In this document: positions 26,395 through 35,005 of the stretch, piece after piece
Position numbering within the stretch: position 1 is the first letter of the stretch
Layout of the letters: each line of letters starts with the position of its first letter
Assembly: GCA_016198755.1 (NCBI GenBank)
Contig: JACQIB010000005.1
Span: forward strand, 176,931-240,930
Reading direction: 5' to 3'
Length of the DNA: 64,000 bases
Origin: Candidatus Aenigmatarchaeota archaeon
Lineage (GTDB): Archaea > Aenigmatarchaeota > Aenigmatarchaeia > Aenigmatarchaeales > JACQIB01
Translations under genes and position numbers: made by a program
Notes under the pieces: generated by a model
Databases searched by the model: none
What the model saw: the letters and a program-made list of their open reading frames with translations, nothing else
What the model was told of the DNA's origin: nothing

Positions 26395-27898
26395 AAGCCT
26401 TTGCATCTTTCATTTTTTCTGAATGGTTTCCAGAGAACTCCAAACAGGCTTCCTCAAGAGGAATTCCTTTGTCTGTTTTCTTGCTTCTCCTCTCCCTTAT
26501 CTTTAGAAACAGTGGGTAATTAACAGCCTCCCCCACAATCAGAGCTTCGCCAACTCTGAGAGAGGAAATTGTTTTTAAAACATCAGCTGTTAGGCCTTCG
26601 GAACTTTTCCCTATATGGTCCAAATCATAGGGGTTTGTTACTCTCAAAATCATGTGGGAGTTGCACTGGCTGAGAGCTGTGGTAGAGAGCTGGATAGGAC
26701 GCTGGGAAATTAGGCAGAGGCAAGCGTGGAATTTTCTGCCTTCGCGCGCTATTCTCTCAATAATGTTCCTGCTTATTGCACCTTCTCTATGAACTCCTTC
26801 AGGAGCAAACTGATGCGCTTCCTCCACAATCAAAAGGAAGGGGGGTATTGCAGAAACCATTCTGGCTTGGAACAATTTTCTTGCCAAGTAAGTTACAACA
26901 ATCTGCTTTTCCTTCTGGTTTGTCATATCTGAAATATCTATAACAGTAAAATGCCCTGGACGGGCAAGTTTATCCAGAGAAGGGTTATCATAGCTTGCGA
27001 ACAAATTTGTGCTGTCCAGATCGTAAATATAGGTATAAAGTATATTGCGTGTATCTGATTTTTTTATTATTTCATCTGTTTCAAGTTTTTGCAAAACATC
27101 CCTGAAATCGAAAGGCTTTCCCCTGCGTTCCTCGTTTATAAGGGATAAGAGCCTGTTAAGTTCCCTCTTTTGAACAGCACTCATGTCTGGAACAAGCTCA
27201 GCAACCATTGCTGCTGTTATCCCAGGTACTCCTATCCTAAAATCTTTTCCTTCTATGACATCAGCTTTATCAGAGTAGCGCTTGTCCTCTGAAAAGCCTG
27301 TATATTCCCCGTGGGTATCTATTGCAATAACAGCAATCTGCCCGTTTTCAGGGCTTCTGTCCAAAAGTTCCTCTATAAACACAGAAACTCCATAGGATTT
27401 TCCGGAACCGCTTATACCGAGTATTGCTGTGTGTTTCTGCAGCAAACGGGTCATGTTAAGCCTTACAGGTAGAGAGTGGTGCTCTACTGTTCCCAGCTCA
27501 AGTCCTTTCTCTAAGTCCAGCCCAAAGAATTTTGACAAAAGATCGTTCTCAGCCATAAAAACCTTTGATCCAGGAGAAGGTGGAAAAGCTGAGCGCTGCA
27601 GCCTGCCTTCATTATAAACCCCTAGGGAAAGAGCCTCTGCAACAAGATACTCCCAGCGCTCTGCAGGAAACATTTCTGCTAAAGGCCTTCCGGAACGCTC
27701 AAATTCCCTGACACTTTCTGCACGCTCAAAGTACCTGTTAGTTTTTATTATGTCTGCTATTCTTGCCACAACCTTTCCCTCAGCTGTATCAACAGTAACA
27801 AACTGACCCTTTCTGGCAGATGAAGAAACAATAAATGCAAACTCAGAGGAGTTTGGATTGCCTTCTGTTGAAATAACTGTTCCTAAAGGTTCTGGCAT
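26387..27898 (-). CDS. herA: HerA-type hexameric DNA helicase/translocase (DUF87 ATPase)
   Basis: 503 aa; N-terminal barrel region, Walker A GISGSGKSYG, Walker B LLIVEEAHQF. Convergent with rad50; 3' ends overlap by 8 nt. Confidence 0.85.
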   Translation of the reverse strand: MPEPLGTVISTEGNPNSSEFAFIVSSSARKGQFVTVDTAEGKVVARIADIIKTNRYFERAESVREFERSGRPLAEMFPAERWEYLVAEALSLGVYNEGRLQRSAFPPSPGSKVFMAENDLLSKFFGLDLEKGLELGTVEHHSLPVRLNMTRLLQKHTAILGISGSGKSYGVSVFIEELLDRSPENGQIAVIAIDTHGEYTGFSEDKRYSDKADVIEGKDFRIGVPGITAAMVAELVPDMSAVQKRELNRLLSLINEERRGKPFDFRDVLQKLETDEIIKKSDTRNILYTYIYDLDSTNLFASYDNPSLDKLARPGHFTVIDISDMTNQKEKQIVVTYLARKLFQARMVSAIPPFLLIVEEAHQFAPEGVHREGAISRNIIERIAREGRKFHACLCLISQRPIQLSTTALSQCNSHMILRVTNPYDLDHIGKSSEGLTADVLKTISSLRVGEALIVGEAVNYPLFLKIRERRSKKTDKGIPLEEACLEFSGNHSEKMKDAKAFM

Positions 27899-27969
27899 TC
27901 CTAAAAAAGTGCAGTGGAAGGATAAATAGATATTTATGTGCTGACAGCAGATATTCTTGGGGGTTTTCT

Positions 27970-28245
27970 ATGGGTAGATTACAAATAGTAGATTTTGTGC
28001 CTGGTCAAACGCCTGTTAATTCTGCTGATCCCCTTAAACTTCCACGTTACATGAGACTAAAAGATGTACCGATTGAATTGGCAGACAAAGCTCTTGTAGG
28101 AGGTGTTGTATATAGGAATAATGGGGATGTTTTTTATGCAGATAAAAATGGAAACGGATTTAGGGTTCCGCAGGATGTTTTTGTTGTTGGGATGAGCAGG
28201 GGATATGAATGGTGGAAAGATACACCTGATAGACCAGCAAGTTAA
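27970..28245 (+). CDS. hypothetical protein
   Basis: 91 aa, no motif recognised. Confidence 0.4.
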   Translation: MGRLQIVDFVPGQTPVNSADPLKLPRYMRLKDVPIELADKALVGGVVYRNNGDVFYADKNGNGFRVPQDVFVVGMSRGYEWWKDTPDRPAS

Positions 28246-28280
28246 GCATTGTTTTTAAGTGTTCTGCAATAACCTTTTAT

Positions 28281-29009
28281 ATGAAGTTCCTGCTAGACAA
28301 TGCACTGCTAATTGGAAAAACACTGGCTATAGCTGATTTGCATTTGGGTTTGGAGAGATCTCTGGGAGAGAAAGGAATAAGCATACCACCACAGACAAAA
28401 AAACTGGAAGCAAGAATAGAAAAGATTGTCAGAGAAACAAAAGCCAAAAAGATTGTTTTTGTTGGGGATTTCAAGGACAAAGTTATGGGTATAAGTCTGC
28501 AGGAAAGGAGGGAGATACCTGAGTTTTTAAAATATTTTCAGAAAAAGCTGAAGATTGCAATTGTAAAGGGAAATCATGATGGGAATCTGGAGTTCATAGT
28601 ACCAAATGGAATTAAAATTTATGGGAGTGAAGGATTTAGGGATGGAAAAACAGGATTTGCACACGGGCATGCTTGGCTTTCAAAAGATATACTGAAAGCT
28701 GAGAGGGTTGTGCTGGGAGATTTGCATCCTGCAGTTGAGTTTGTTTCCGGAAGGTCGAGAGCTGTGGAACAGATATGGATACGTTGTCCTGTTAACAGAC
28801 AGTTTTTAGAGAAAAAGTTTAAGGTAAAAGTTAATCTGAAGGAGGCTGTTATAGTTCCTGCATTTAACAGGTTAACTGGCTCTGCTCCAATAAACAGGAA
28901 AGGGTTTAAGATGAATGGGCCTATAGGAAAATTTTTAGACTGGAAAAACGGGGATATTTTTCTTACTGACGGAACATTATTGGGAAAGCTGAAAGAATTT
29001 AAAAATTAG
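28281..29009 (+). CDS. ICC-like metallophosphoesterase (COG1407-like)
   Basis: 242 aa; motifs ADLHLG, VGDFKD, GNHDG, AHGHAW. Confidence 0.75.
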   Translation: MKFLLDNALLIGKTLAIADLHLGLERSLGEKGISIPPQTKKLEARIEKIVRETKAKKIVFVGDFKDKVMGISLQERREIPEFLKYFQKKLKIAIVKGNHDGNLEFIVPNGIKIYGSEGFRDGKTGFAHGHAWLSKDILKAERVVLGDLHPAVEFVSGRSRAVEQIWIRCPVNRQFLEKKFKVKVNLKEAVIVPAFNRLTGSAPINRKGFKMNGPIGKFLDWKNGDIFLTDGTLLGKLKEFKN

Positions 29010-29067
29010 AATTATTTTTATCTAGCCCAAGCTAACCATAAGCAATACCCATAGCAAGATTAGTATG

Positions 29068-29358
29068 CTAGAGGACTGTTAGTTTTCCCTGTTTCCCTAC
29101 TCCCAACTGTAGTTCTCCCTTAAACTCTTTTGTAAAGCCGCCGGCTATTTCTACTTTCTTGCCTTCTGATATGCCTTCTGCCTGATTGCCCCAAAGAGTC
29201 AGCTTTATGGTTTTTCCAGAACCGTCATCTAAAGTGGCTTCAGTAAGTGTAGTCTGGGAACCAAATTTAGTGTTAACAGAGCGCGGCTCTGAAACACTTG
29301 AAACAGTTGCTTGTAGGTTCACATTATTTTGGCCTGAGGTTAGTTCTGAAATTTTCAT
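29068..29358 (-). CDS. single OB-fold nucleic-acid-binding protein (short RPA/SSB-like)
   Basis: 96 aa; ..VNLQATVSSVSEPRSV......TLDDGSGKTIKLTLWGNQA.. is typical of the tRNA_anti-like OB fold. Confidence 0.7.
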   Translation of the reverse strand: MKISELTSGQNNVNLQATVSSVSEPRSVNTKFGSQTTLTEATLDDGSGKTIKLTLWGNQAEGISEGKKVEIAGGFTKEFKGELQLGVGKQGKLTVL

Positions 29359-29804
29359 GCAGCTACTCCCCCTTCATCATCTTCTGTAGATTCTGTCTCT
29401 TCTGTTTCTTCTACACTTGCTTCAGACTCTCCGCCTTCAGCTGGTGTTGCCCCCTCTGTTTCCTCTTCTCCCTCTCCCTCAGATGCTGGTGCTGACCCGC
29501 CAGAAACAACCTCTGCAACCGCATGGCGACCGCGTACTTCTTTTATCTTTATTTTTACGTTGTCTCCTTTTTGTGTTCCGGGCACGAAAATAACAAAGTT
29601 GTTTATCCTTGTTATACCATCTCCCTTGCTTCCGGTTTCAGTTATCTGGACCTCGTATTCGTCCCCTTCCTTCACCGGCTTTTCTCGTGTGTCTTCTTCT
29701 CTACTAAATCTTGGCCTTCCTCCGCCAAATCCTCTGCTGCCTCCTCCACGGAAGCCTCCTCTATCTCCTCCTCTATCTCCTCCTCTTCTACCAAAGTCTC
29801 TCAT
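29355..29804 (-). CDS. TRAM-domain RNA-binding protein with N-terminal RGG box and acidic C-terminal tail
   Basis: 149 aa. N-terminus: RDFGRRGGDRGGDRGGFRGGGSRGFGGGRPRF. TRAM core: PVKEGDEYEVQITETGSKGDGITRINNFVIFVPGTQKGDNVKIKIKEV. Tail is E/G/T-rich. Overlaps the OB gene by 4 nt. Confidence 0.8.
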   Translation of the reverse strand: MRDFGRRGGDRGGDRGGFRGGGSRGFGGGRPRFSREEDTREKPVKEGDEYEVQITETGSKGDGITRINNFVIFVPGTQKGDNVKIKIKEVRGRHAVAEVVSGGSAPASEGEGEEETEGATPAEGGESEASVEETEETESTEDDEGGVAA

Positions 29805-29935
29805 TCAATTCAACCTCCTTTATTTTTTTATGCCTCAGTTCAGTAAGAAATAGACCTTTTTTGTGTTCTCGGTCACACCTTACCTACCTTTTAGGCTTCT
29901 TTTTATTATGCGATAAAGGTTTATAAAGTTGTGCA

Positions 29936-30568
29936 TTATACGCTTTCCGAACCCGATAAAAGCCCCCTTTCCTTAAGAACAGCTTCGACAATGGGTTTTG
30001 TACCAGTGTGTACTGTTAACTGCTTGCTGTTTGAAGGTGGGGCAGATTCAACTGCAAAGAGGTAGGGACACTCACCCTCCCTCTCAGCACCCCTGTTTAC
30101 AACAGCTATAGAAACTGGAATTCCAGCTAAATTTTTCGGGGGTTTCGGAAGTTGTTCTATGCTATTTACCCTTTCAATTTCCTTTCCATCTGGAGAACCT
30201 GTTAAAAAGTAAATTTCCAAAGCATGATGTGGAGGGTGTAGATAGTATCTTGTTAAAGCAGCGCCTCTTTCTATGAATTCTGCTGGCAGGTCAACCCTGT
30301 CTCTACACCAAGGTTTATTGTGCCCTGGTCCACTACCTTGACCTGGTGTATCATAAAAGAAACCAACTGAATTTACTATAGTCTCTTTTCCTGCTGGCTC
30401 TGGTTTTATAGAAAAGAGGGGAGTATAGGTTATACCTGGTGGTGCATACCCTGAAAAAAGCCAAACTCCCCTGCCTTCTATTGTCCTTGTATTTACTTTC
30501 CATCCATCCAATTCCTGTGGATGGGACACTGTACAATGCCTTCCCAGATTAAACCTTACTCTGCTCAT
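29936..30568 (-). CDS. hypothetical protein
   Basis: Track ORF (TTG 30610) trimmed to ATG 30568 (MSRVRFNLGRHCTVSHPQELDGWK...). No motif recognised. Confidence 0.45.
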   Translation of the reverse strand: MSRVRFNLGRHCTVSHPQELDGWKVNTRTIEGRGVWLFSGYAPPGITYTPLFSIKPEPAGKETIVNSVGFFYDTPGQGSGPGHNKPWCRDRVDLPAEFIERGAALTRYYLHPPHHALEIYFLTGSPDGKEIERVNSIEQLPKPPKNLAGIPVSIAVVNRGAEREGECPYLFAVESAPPSNSKQLTVHTGTKPIVEAVLKERGLLSGSESV

Positions 30569-30619
30569 CAAAACAGATTGTGTGGATAGAAATAAGAATA
30601 TGCTGCACAAAGCTTTTCT

Positions 30620-30763
30620 ATGGGTTTGTTGGAGAGTTTGATTGGTATAGGAGCTGTTATTGCTGTTGTACTTATTGTATGGAAAATTTTTAAGAAAGTG
30701 CTGGGTGCTGCTATATTGCTTATAATATTGCTCGTGGTTCTAAAGCTTGCTGGATTTTTTTAG
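30620..30763 (+). CDS. possible 47-aa 2-TM micro-protein
   Basis: Below the track cutoff. My translation: MGLLESLIGIGAVIAVVLIVWKIFKKVLGAAILLIILLVVLKLAGFF*. Confidence 0.3.
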   Translation: MGLLESLIGIGAVIAVVLIVWKIFKKVLGAAILLIILLVVLKLAGFF

Positions 30764-31159
30764 ATTTTTATACTGCTTGTACAGGGCTTCCACTGTTTTG
30801 CTGTCTATCCTTTTCCTCTCCAACCCTCCCTTTCCATCAAACTGAACCCTGTTATGGGAGAGTAAAGCCCCTGAAAAAGATTTGGGTATATGGATAAGCT
30901 CGTGCAGCAGAACCTTTTCCTTTTCTTCTTTTTCCAGCTTGTCAAAAGCTTCTGAAACAACTTCTATTATATAATGTGCTTCTATGCCCATTGCAGCCTG
31001 CCATATTTTAGGAAAATTCCATATTCTGGCTATTGCCCTGCTTTTGCTTCCATGGGAACGGAAAAAACGCAGCCTGTTTGTTTTAATGTGGGAAAACTGC
31101 AGAGTTTTAACTAGGTCAGAAACAGTCTCTTCCAGATCTGGAGCAGGCTCAAAGCGCAT
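30740..31159 (-). CDS. predicted HExxH zinc metallopeptidase (small archaeal SprT/COG4900-like)
   Basis: Track ORF 30740..31537 trimmed to ATG 31159 (MRFEPAPDLEETVSDLV...). Contains LLHELIHIPKSFSGALLSH. The upstream 126 codons are antisense to a better ORF. Confidence 0.5.
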   Translation of the reverse strand: MRFEPAPDLEETVSDLVKTLQFSHIKTNRLRFFRSHGSKSRAIARIWNFPKIWQAAMGIEAHYIIEVVSEAFDKLEKEEKEKVLLHELIHIPKSFSGALLSHNRVQFDGKGGLERKRIDSKTVEALYKQYKNLKKSSKL

Positions 31160-31192
31160 CCATTTATTAAGTTTACTAAGCAGTTTAAAGTT

Positions 31193-31618
31193 ATGGTTGC
31201 TGAGGATTATGTGGAAGAGACTCTGGAAGAGCCTAAAAGGAACAGCAGTGTGAAGTACTCTTTCTTTCCTGATGATGCAAAGTATAATAGAGAAAACAGA
31301 ACAGTTGGGCTTTATCTTGCTCCACCTTTGGTTTTGCCTGAGTCTAGTATAGAATTTGACCAAAAGGTTGCTGCAGACAGGACTTTGTATGCAAATGGAA
31401 AGGATTTGATGGTTTTGGATCACAGCCTTCCGCGCACATGGGGATTTACTGACAGGGAAAATGTAGTGGGCATAAATCCAAACCATCCTTCGCGCGCAGA
31501 CAGGGAAGATACATGGATGCATGAGATTAGGTGGCATGTATGGATGGGAAAGGGGGATGATTATGATACTGGTTTCTGGGTGGAAAAGGAAAGAGAACGG
31601 GGGAAAAGTTATACATAA
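31193..31618 (+). CDS. hypothetical protein
   Basis: 141 aa with protein-like composition (MVAEDYVEETLEEPKRNS...WHVWMGKGDDYDTGFWVEKE). No motif recognised. Confidence 0.45.
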   Translation: MVAEDYVEETLEEPKRNSSVKYSFFPDDAKYNRENRTVGLYLAPPLVLPESSIEFDQKVAADRTLYANGKDLMVLDHSLPRTWGFTDRENVVGINPNHPSRADREDTWMHEIRWHVWMGKGDDYDTGFWVEKERERGKSYT

Positions 31619-31621
31619 TAG

Positions 31622-32716
31622 TTAGAATGGACGTTGTTCTCTCCTAAGTTTCATTAAGCTGGGGGTTATTCCAACCCTGTCAACTAATTGATCGTGCAAA
31701 GAATTTACATCGTTTTCCTGAAGCTTGGCTCGGAAATCTGCCTCAATCAATGGAGCTGGGAACCCATAGCTGTTATGTGGAGAAAGGCTTAGAACTATAC
31801 TGGCGATTTTGTTTGCTGTTTCTATTGGATTGCCTAAAGAGAAAAAGTCTATGCGGACAGGCCTGTCAAACTCTGCTGTTTTCAAATAAAAGGAAAATAT
31901 TTTCTCCCCATAAGGCTGCAAATCTGAAAGGATTGGATGATCGGAAGGGTTTTTTGAGTAGCGGAAAACTGCTGTGCGCTCCCCTTTTCTTAGTGTATAA
32001 TAAAGCAGATTTGTATCGCGTGTGCTTGCTAAAATCCTCCTTAGCTCCTCTGCTTTTGGGTTATTCAGCGCTGATAAAATACTGCTGGATACAATTTCAC
32101 AAAAGCTTCTGCCTCTGCTGTCCTCAACGCAACCAGCTAACAAACTTCCTGAAGAGGATTTGTAAAGGGAAATAAAGCTGCGCAGCACAGATTCATACCT
32201 TTCCCAGGCTGCGCTTGTTTTTGCTGGTTTATCCTTCCCATGCGGAACAACAGAACCATCCAATAAAAGTAGTTGAGGAGGGAATTTTGAAAAACATTCT
32301 GCAGCAAGCTCTATCTCTCCTCTTTCCCTTTCAAGGCTGCTGGATAAGAAAAACTCTTCCTCTGAATAAGGATCTGATATTATTGTTAAGGTCGGAGTAA
32401 CAATTGAGTGAGGGTGGTAATCTACTTTATCCAGCTTTCCCCCCAAGTAATCAAAAACGACAGCAACCGCTCTTGTCAGTATAAGGTCGATACCGTGATA
32501 AGAATGCTGAGAAAGTCCCCCGTCAATTGCAATAACTTTTTTTCCATCTAAAAGATCCGGAGTGGCTGTGTAAATCAGGTTTGGTTCCAGTACATCTCCG
32601 GACAGCTCAACTTTTTCAGAAACTTCGCGAAGGAAATGCCCTAATTTCTCGCGGTTTGTTTCAAGCGTGCGAATCTTTTCAGCTATCTCTGGAAGCTTTG
32701 AAAGAAGTTCATGCAT
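31622..32716 (-). CDS. nurA: NurA 5'-3' nuclease
   Basis: 364 aa; NurA-domain pattern VIAIDGGLSQHSYHGIDLILTRAVAVVF ... LLLLDGSVVP ... GCVEDSRG. Confidence 0.8.
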   Translation of the reverse strand: MHELLSKLPEIAEKIRTLETNREKLGHFLREVSEKVELSGDVLEPNLIYTATPDLLDGKKVIAIDGGLSQHSYHGIDLILTRAVAVVFDYLGGKLDKVDYHPHSIVTPTLTIISDPYSEEEFFLSSSLERERGEIELAAECFSKFPPQLLLLDGSVVPHGKDKPAKTSAAWERYESVLRSFISLYKSSSGSLLAGCVEDSRGRSFCEIVSSSILSALNNPKAEELRRILASTRDTNLLYYTLRKGERTAVFRYSKNPSDHPILSDLQPYGEKIFSFYLKTAEFDRPVRIDFFSLGNPIETANKIASIVLSLSPHNSYGFPAPLIEADFRAKLQENDVNSLHDQLVDRVGITPSLMKLRREQRPF

Positions 32717-32766
32717 GCTGGGAGTTGGTGCGGAAAATACTTAAAGGTGCTTTGCTAAGAGAAAGT

Positions 32767-33363
32767 ATGGAAGAGATAGCGCGCGGGGCTGAGGCTGTTA
32801 TTTATAGGGAGGGAAATGAGCTGGTAAAGGATAGGATAAAGAAAGGGTATAGGATTCCTGAGCTGGATACAAAATTAAGGAAAGAGAGAACCAGAGCTGA
32901 AGCTAGGCTACTTACAGAAGCGCGCAGTGTGGGGGTTTCAACACCGAAAGTTCTGGAGGTTTCTGAAACAAAAGTCAGAATGGAACTTATTGAAGGGGAA
33001 AAATTGAGAGACATTTTAAATATTAGGCCTGAGCTAGCGGAAGATATTGGAACTGCTATAGGCAGGCTGCACGCGGCAGGTATTGTTCATGGGGATTTAA
33101 CTACAAGCAACATGATTCTGTCAGAGGGAAAAATATTCCTGATAGATTTTGGGCTTGGGTTTTTTTCAAAAAAACCAGAGGATCTGGCAACAGACTTAAC
33201 TGTGTTTAAAGAAGCGCTGCGTTCTGTGCACTTTGCAGTTCTCGAAAAGGTTTGGGTAGAATTTTGCTCATCTTATGGAAAGGAATTCTCGGGTGCTGGA
33301 AAGGTATTTAAAGCTCTCGAAAGCATAGAGAAGAGAGGAAGATATATATTCAGGGGAGATTGA
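32767..33363 (+). CDS. bud32: Bud32/PRPK atypical kinase (KEOPS subunit)
   Basis: Trimmed to ATG 32767: MEEIARGAEAVIYREGNELVKDRIKKGYRIPELD..., catalytic GIVHGDLTTSNMIL and LIDFGLG. Confidence 0.85.
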   Translation: MEEIARGAEAVIYREGNELVKDRIKKGYRIPELDTKLRKERTRAEARLLTEARSVGVSTPKVLEVSETKVRMELIEGEKLRDILNIRPELAEDIGTAIGRLHAAGIVHGDLTTSNMILSEGKIFLIDFGLGFFSKKPEDLATDLTVFKEALRSVHFAVLEKVWVEFCSSYGKEFSGAGKVFKALESIEKRGRYIFRGD

Positions 33364-33603
33364 ATGAAAATTATTAATCCGCTGGTTTGGTTTAAAGAGG
33401 CTGAAGGGACAGCAGAAAAGCTGTTTAGGTTCAGCCTTATTTTAGCTGGCTTTGCAACTGTTTTGCTGTTTTTCGGCATTCTTCTTGGCAGCTTTATTCA
33501 ATATTCAATTTTGCTGGGTATGATTGGAGCTGTGCTGTATATACCTGCTGTTGTTCTGTTCTTGCTTTCTGAGGTAATGAGAACGGAAGCACATGGTGTC
33601 TGA
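33364..33603 (+). CDS. small 2-TM membrane protein
   Basis: 79 aa; ATG overlaps the bud32 stop region (TGAATG). Confidence 0.4.
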   Translation: MKIINPLVWFKEAEGTAEKLFRFSLILAGFATVLLFFGILLGSFIQYSILLGMIGAVLYIPAVVLFLLSEVMRTEAHGV

Positions 33604-33760
33604 AGGTTGGGAAAAGGTTTAAATACCTTCTTGAGGCAATAAAAGGAGACTGCTGGGGCGATGCTCTGACAGCTCTTACGGGTGTACAAATGAAGAATGA
33701 AAATAAAAATAGGAAAATCTCTTTCTTTACTTATAAAAATGTTTCTTCTGTGTGGTTTTG

Positions 33761-34219
33761 ATGGCAAGAATATATGCTAAAAAAAGTGGAAAATCTGGAA
33801 GTAAAAAGCCATTGATACCTGCACAATGGGTTACCTATACTGGGGATGAGGTTGAGAGACTTGTTGTTAAGCTTGGGAAGGATGGGGTGCAGGCTGCACA
33901 AATTGGACTGACTTTAAGGGATCAGTATGGAATTCCTTCTGTACGCGCTGTTACCAAAAAAACAATAATGGGAATTTTGGAAGGAAATGGGATGAAAAAA
34001 GCTGTGCCTGATGAGTTGTTTAATTTGCTAAAAAGGGCTGTAAACCTGAGAAAACATTTGGGAAACAACAAAAGAGATTCTCATTCTAAAAGGGCTTTGG
34101 AACTGCTGGAAAGCAGGATCAGAAGGGTTGCAAAATACTATATAGCCAACGAAAGGCTGCCTGAAAGCTGGAAGTATAATGCTGAGCAGGCAAAGCTGTT
34201 GGTAGAGAAGGGTGCATAA
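33761..34219 (+). CDS. rps15: 30S ribosomal protein S15 (uS15, S13e type)
   Basis: MARIYAKKSGKSGSKKP... and the C-terminal S15 helix pattern. TATA-like CTTATAAAAA sits about 25 nt upstream. Confidence 0.88.
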   Translation: MARIYAKKSGKSGSKKPLIPAQWVTYTGDEVERLVVKLGKDGVQAAQIGLTLRDQYGIPSVRAVTKKTIMGILEGNGMKKAVPDELFNLLKRAVNLRKHLGNNKRDSHSKRALELLESRIRRVAKYYIANERLPESWKYNAEQAKLLVEKGA

Positions 34220-34221
34220 TT

Positions 34222-34785
34222 ATGGAAAAACCAACTTTAACAAAAGCACTGAAAGGAAAGCAATGGATACCTGTTTTTGCACCGGCATTCTTTGAAAGTG
34301 TACAATTGGGGGAAGTTTTGGCTTCTGATCCTTCTTTACTTGTTGGCAGAACTATTTCAGCAAGCTTAACTGATTTAACTGGGGATCCTGGCAGATATTA
34401 TGTAAAGCTGTTTTTCAGAATTTCCAGTGTTCAGGGAAACAGGGCAGAAACCGTGTTTTTTGGACATGATTGCACAATGGATTTTATTTCAAGGATTGTA
34501 CAGCTAAGAACACAGAGAATTGATACAAATGAAGTTATTCAGTTAAAAGATGGAAAAGTAAGGATTAAAACTATAACAGTAACGAACGGGAAAGTTTCCG
34601 GGCAGCTTGATAAATTAATAAGAAAAACTGCAGCAGATATGATTAGGGAAGAACTTTCTAAATTAACTATAGAAGAATTTATTAAAAAGTTTTCTTCGGG
34701 TGAAGTGCAGGGAATTATTAGGGATGCTCTAAACAAACTCTATCCTACCCGTGCGTTTGAGATTAGAAAAAGCAGGGTTCTCTAG
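34222..34785 (+). CDS. rps3ae: 30S ribosomal protein S3Ae (eS1)
   Basis: 187 aa; KGKQWIPVFAPAFF...YYVKLFFRI pattern of S3Ae. Confidence 0.88.
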   Translation: MEKPTLTKALKGKQWIPVFAPAFFESVQLGEVLASDPSLLVGRTISASLTDLTGDPGRYYVKLFFRISSVQGNRAETVFFGHDCTMDFISRIVQLRTQRIDTNEVIQLKDGKVRIKTITVTNGKVSGQLDKLIRKTAADMIREELSKLTIEEFIKKFSSGEVQGIIRDALNKLYPTRAFEIRKSRVL

Positions 34786-34973
34786 TCTATATGAGCTGTG
34801 CTTATCCAGAGCATTCCTGCTATTAGGATAAGGACAAACCCAAAAATTAGAGCTATCAAAACTGTTCCTGGGTTGTTTCCTAAAGCTGCAGGGTCTGCAC
34901 TGCTCGTTATTAACACTCCAAAAAATAGACAAAAAGAACCAAGCACCCAGAAGACAGCAGACTTTGTGCGCAT
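34782..34973 (-). CDS. possible small 2-TM membrane protein
   Basis: 63 aa, hydrophobic (VFWVLGSFCLFFGVLI...LIALIFGFVLILIAGMLWI). Confidence 0.35.
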   Translation of the reverse strand: MRTKSAVFWVLGSFCLFFGVLITSSADPAALGNNPGTVLIALIFGFVLILIAGMLWISTAHID

Positions 34974-35005
34974 GAGATTTCTTAGGAAAGAAAGGATTTA
35001 AACAC

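Noticed and set aside
31160-31537. N-terminal 126 codons of track ORF 30740..31537
   Set aside because: The composition is junk-like (Cys/Ile/Phe/His runs) and antisense to the more protein-like ORF 31193..31618. The HExxH protein starts plausibly at 31159.
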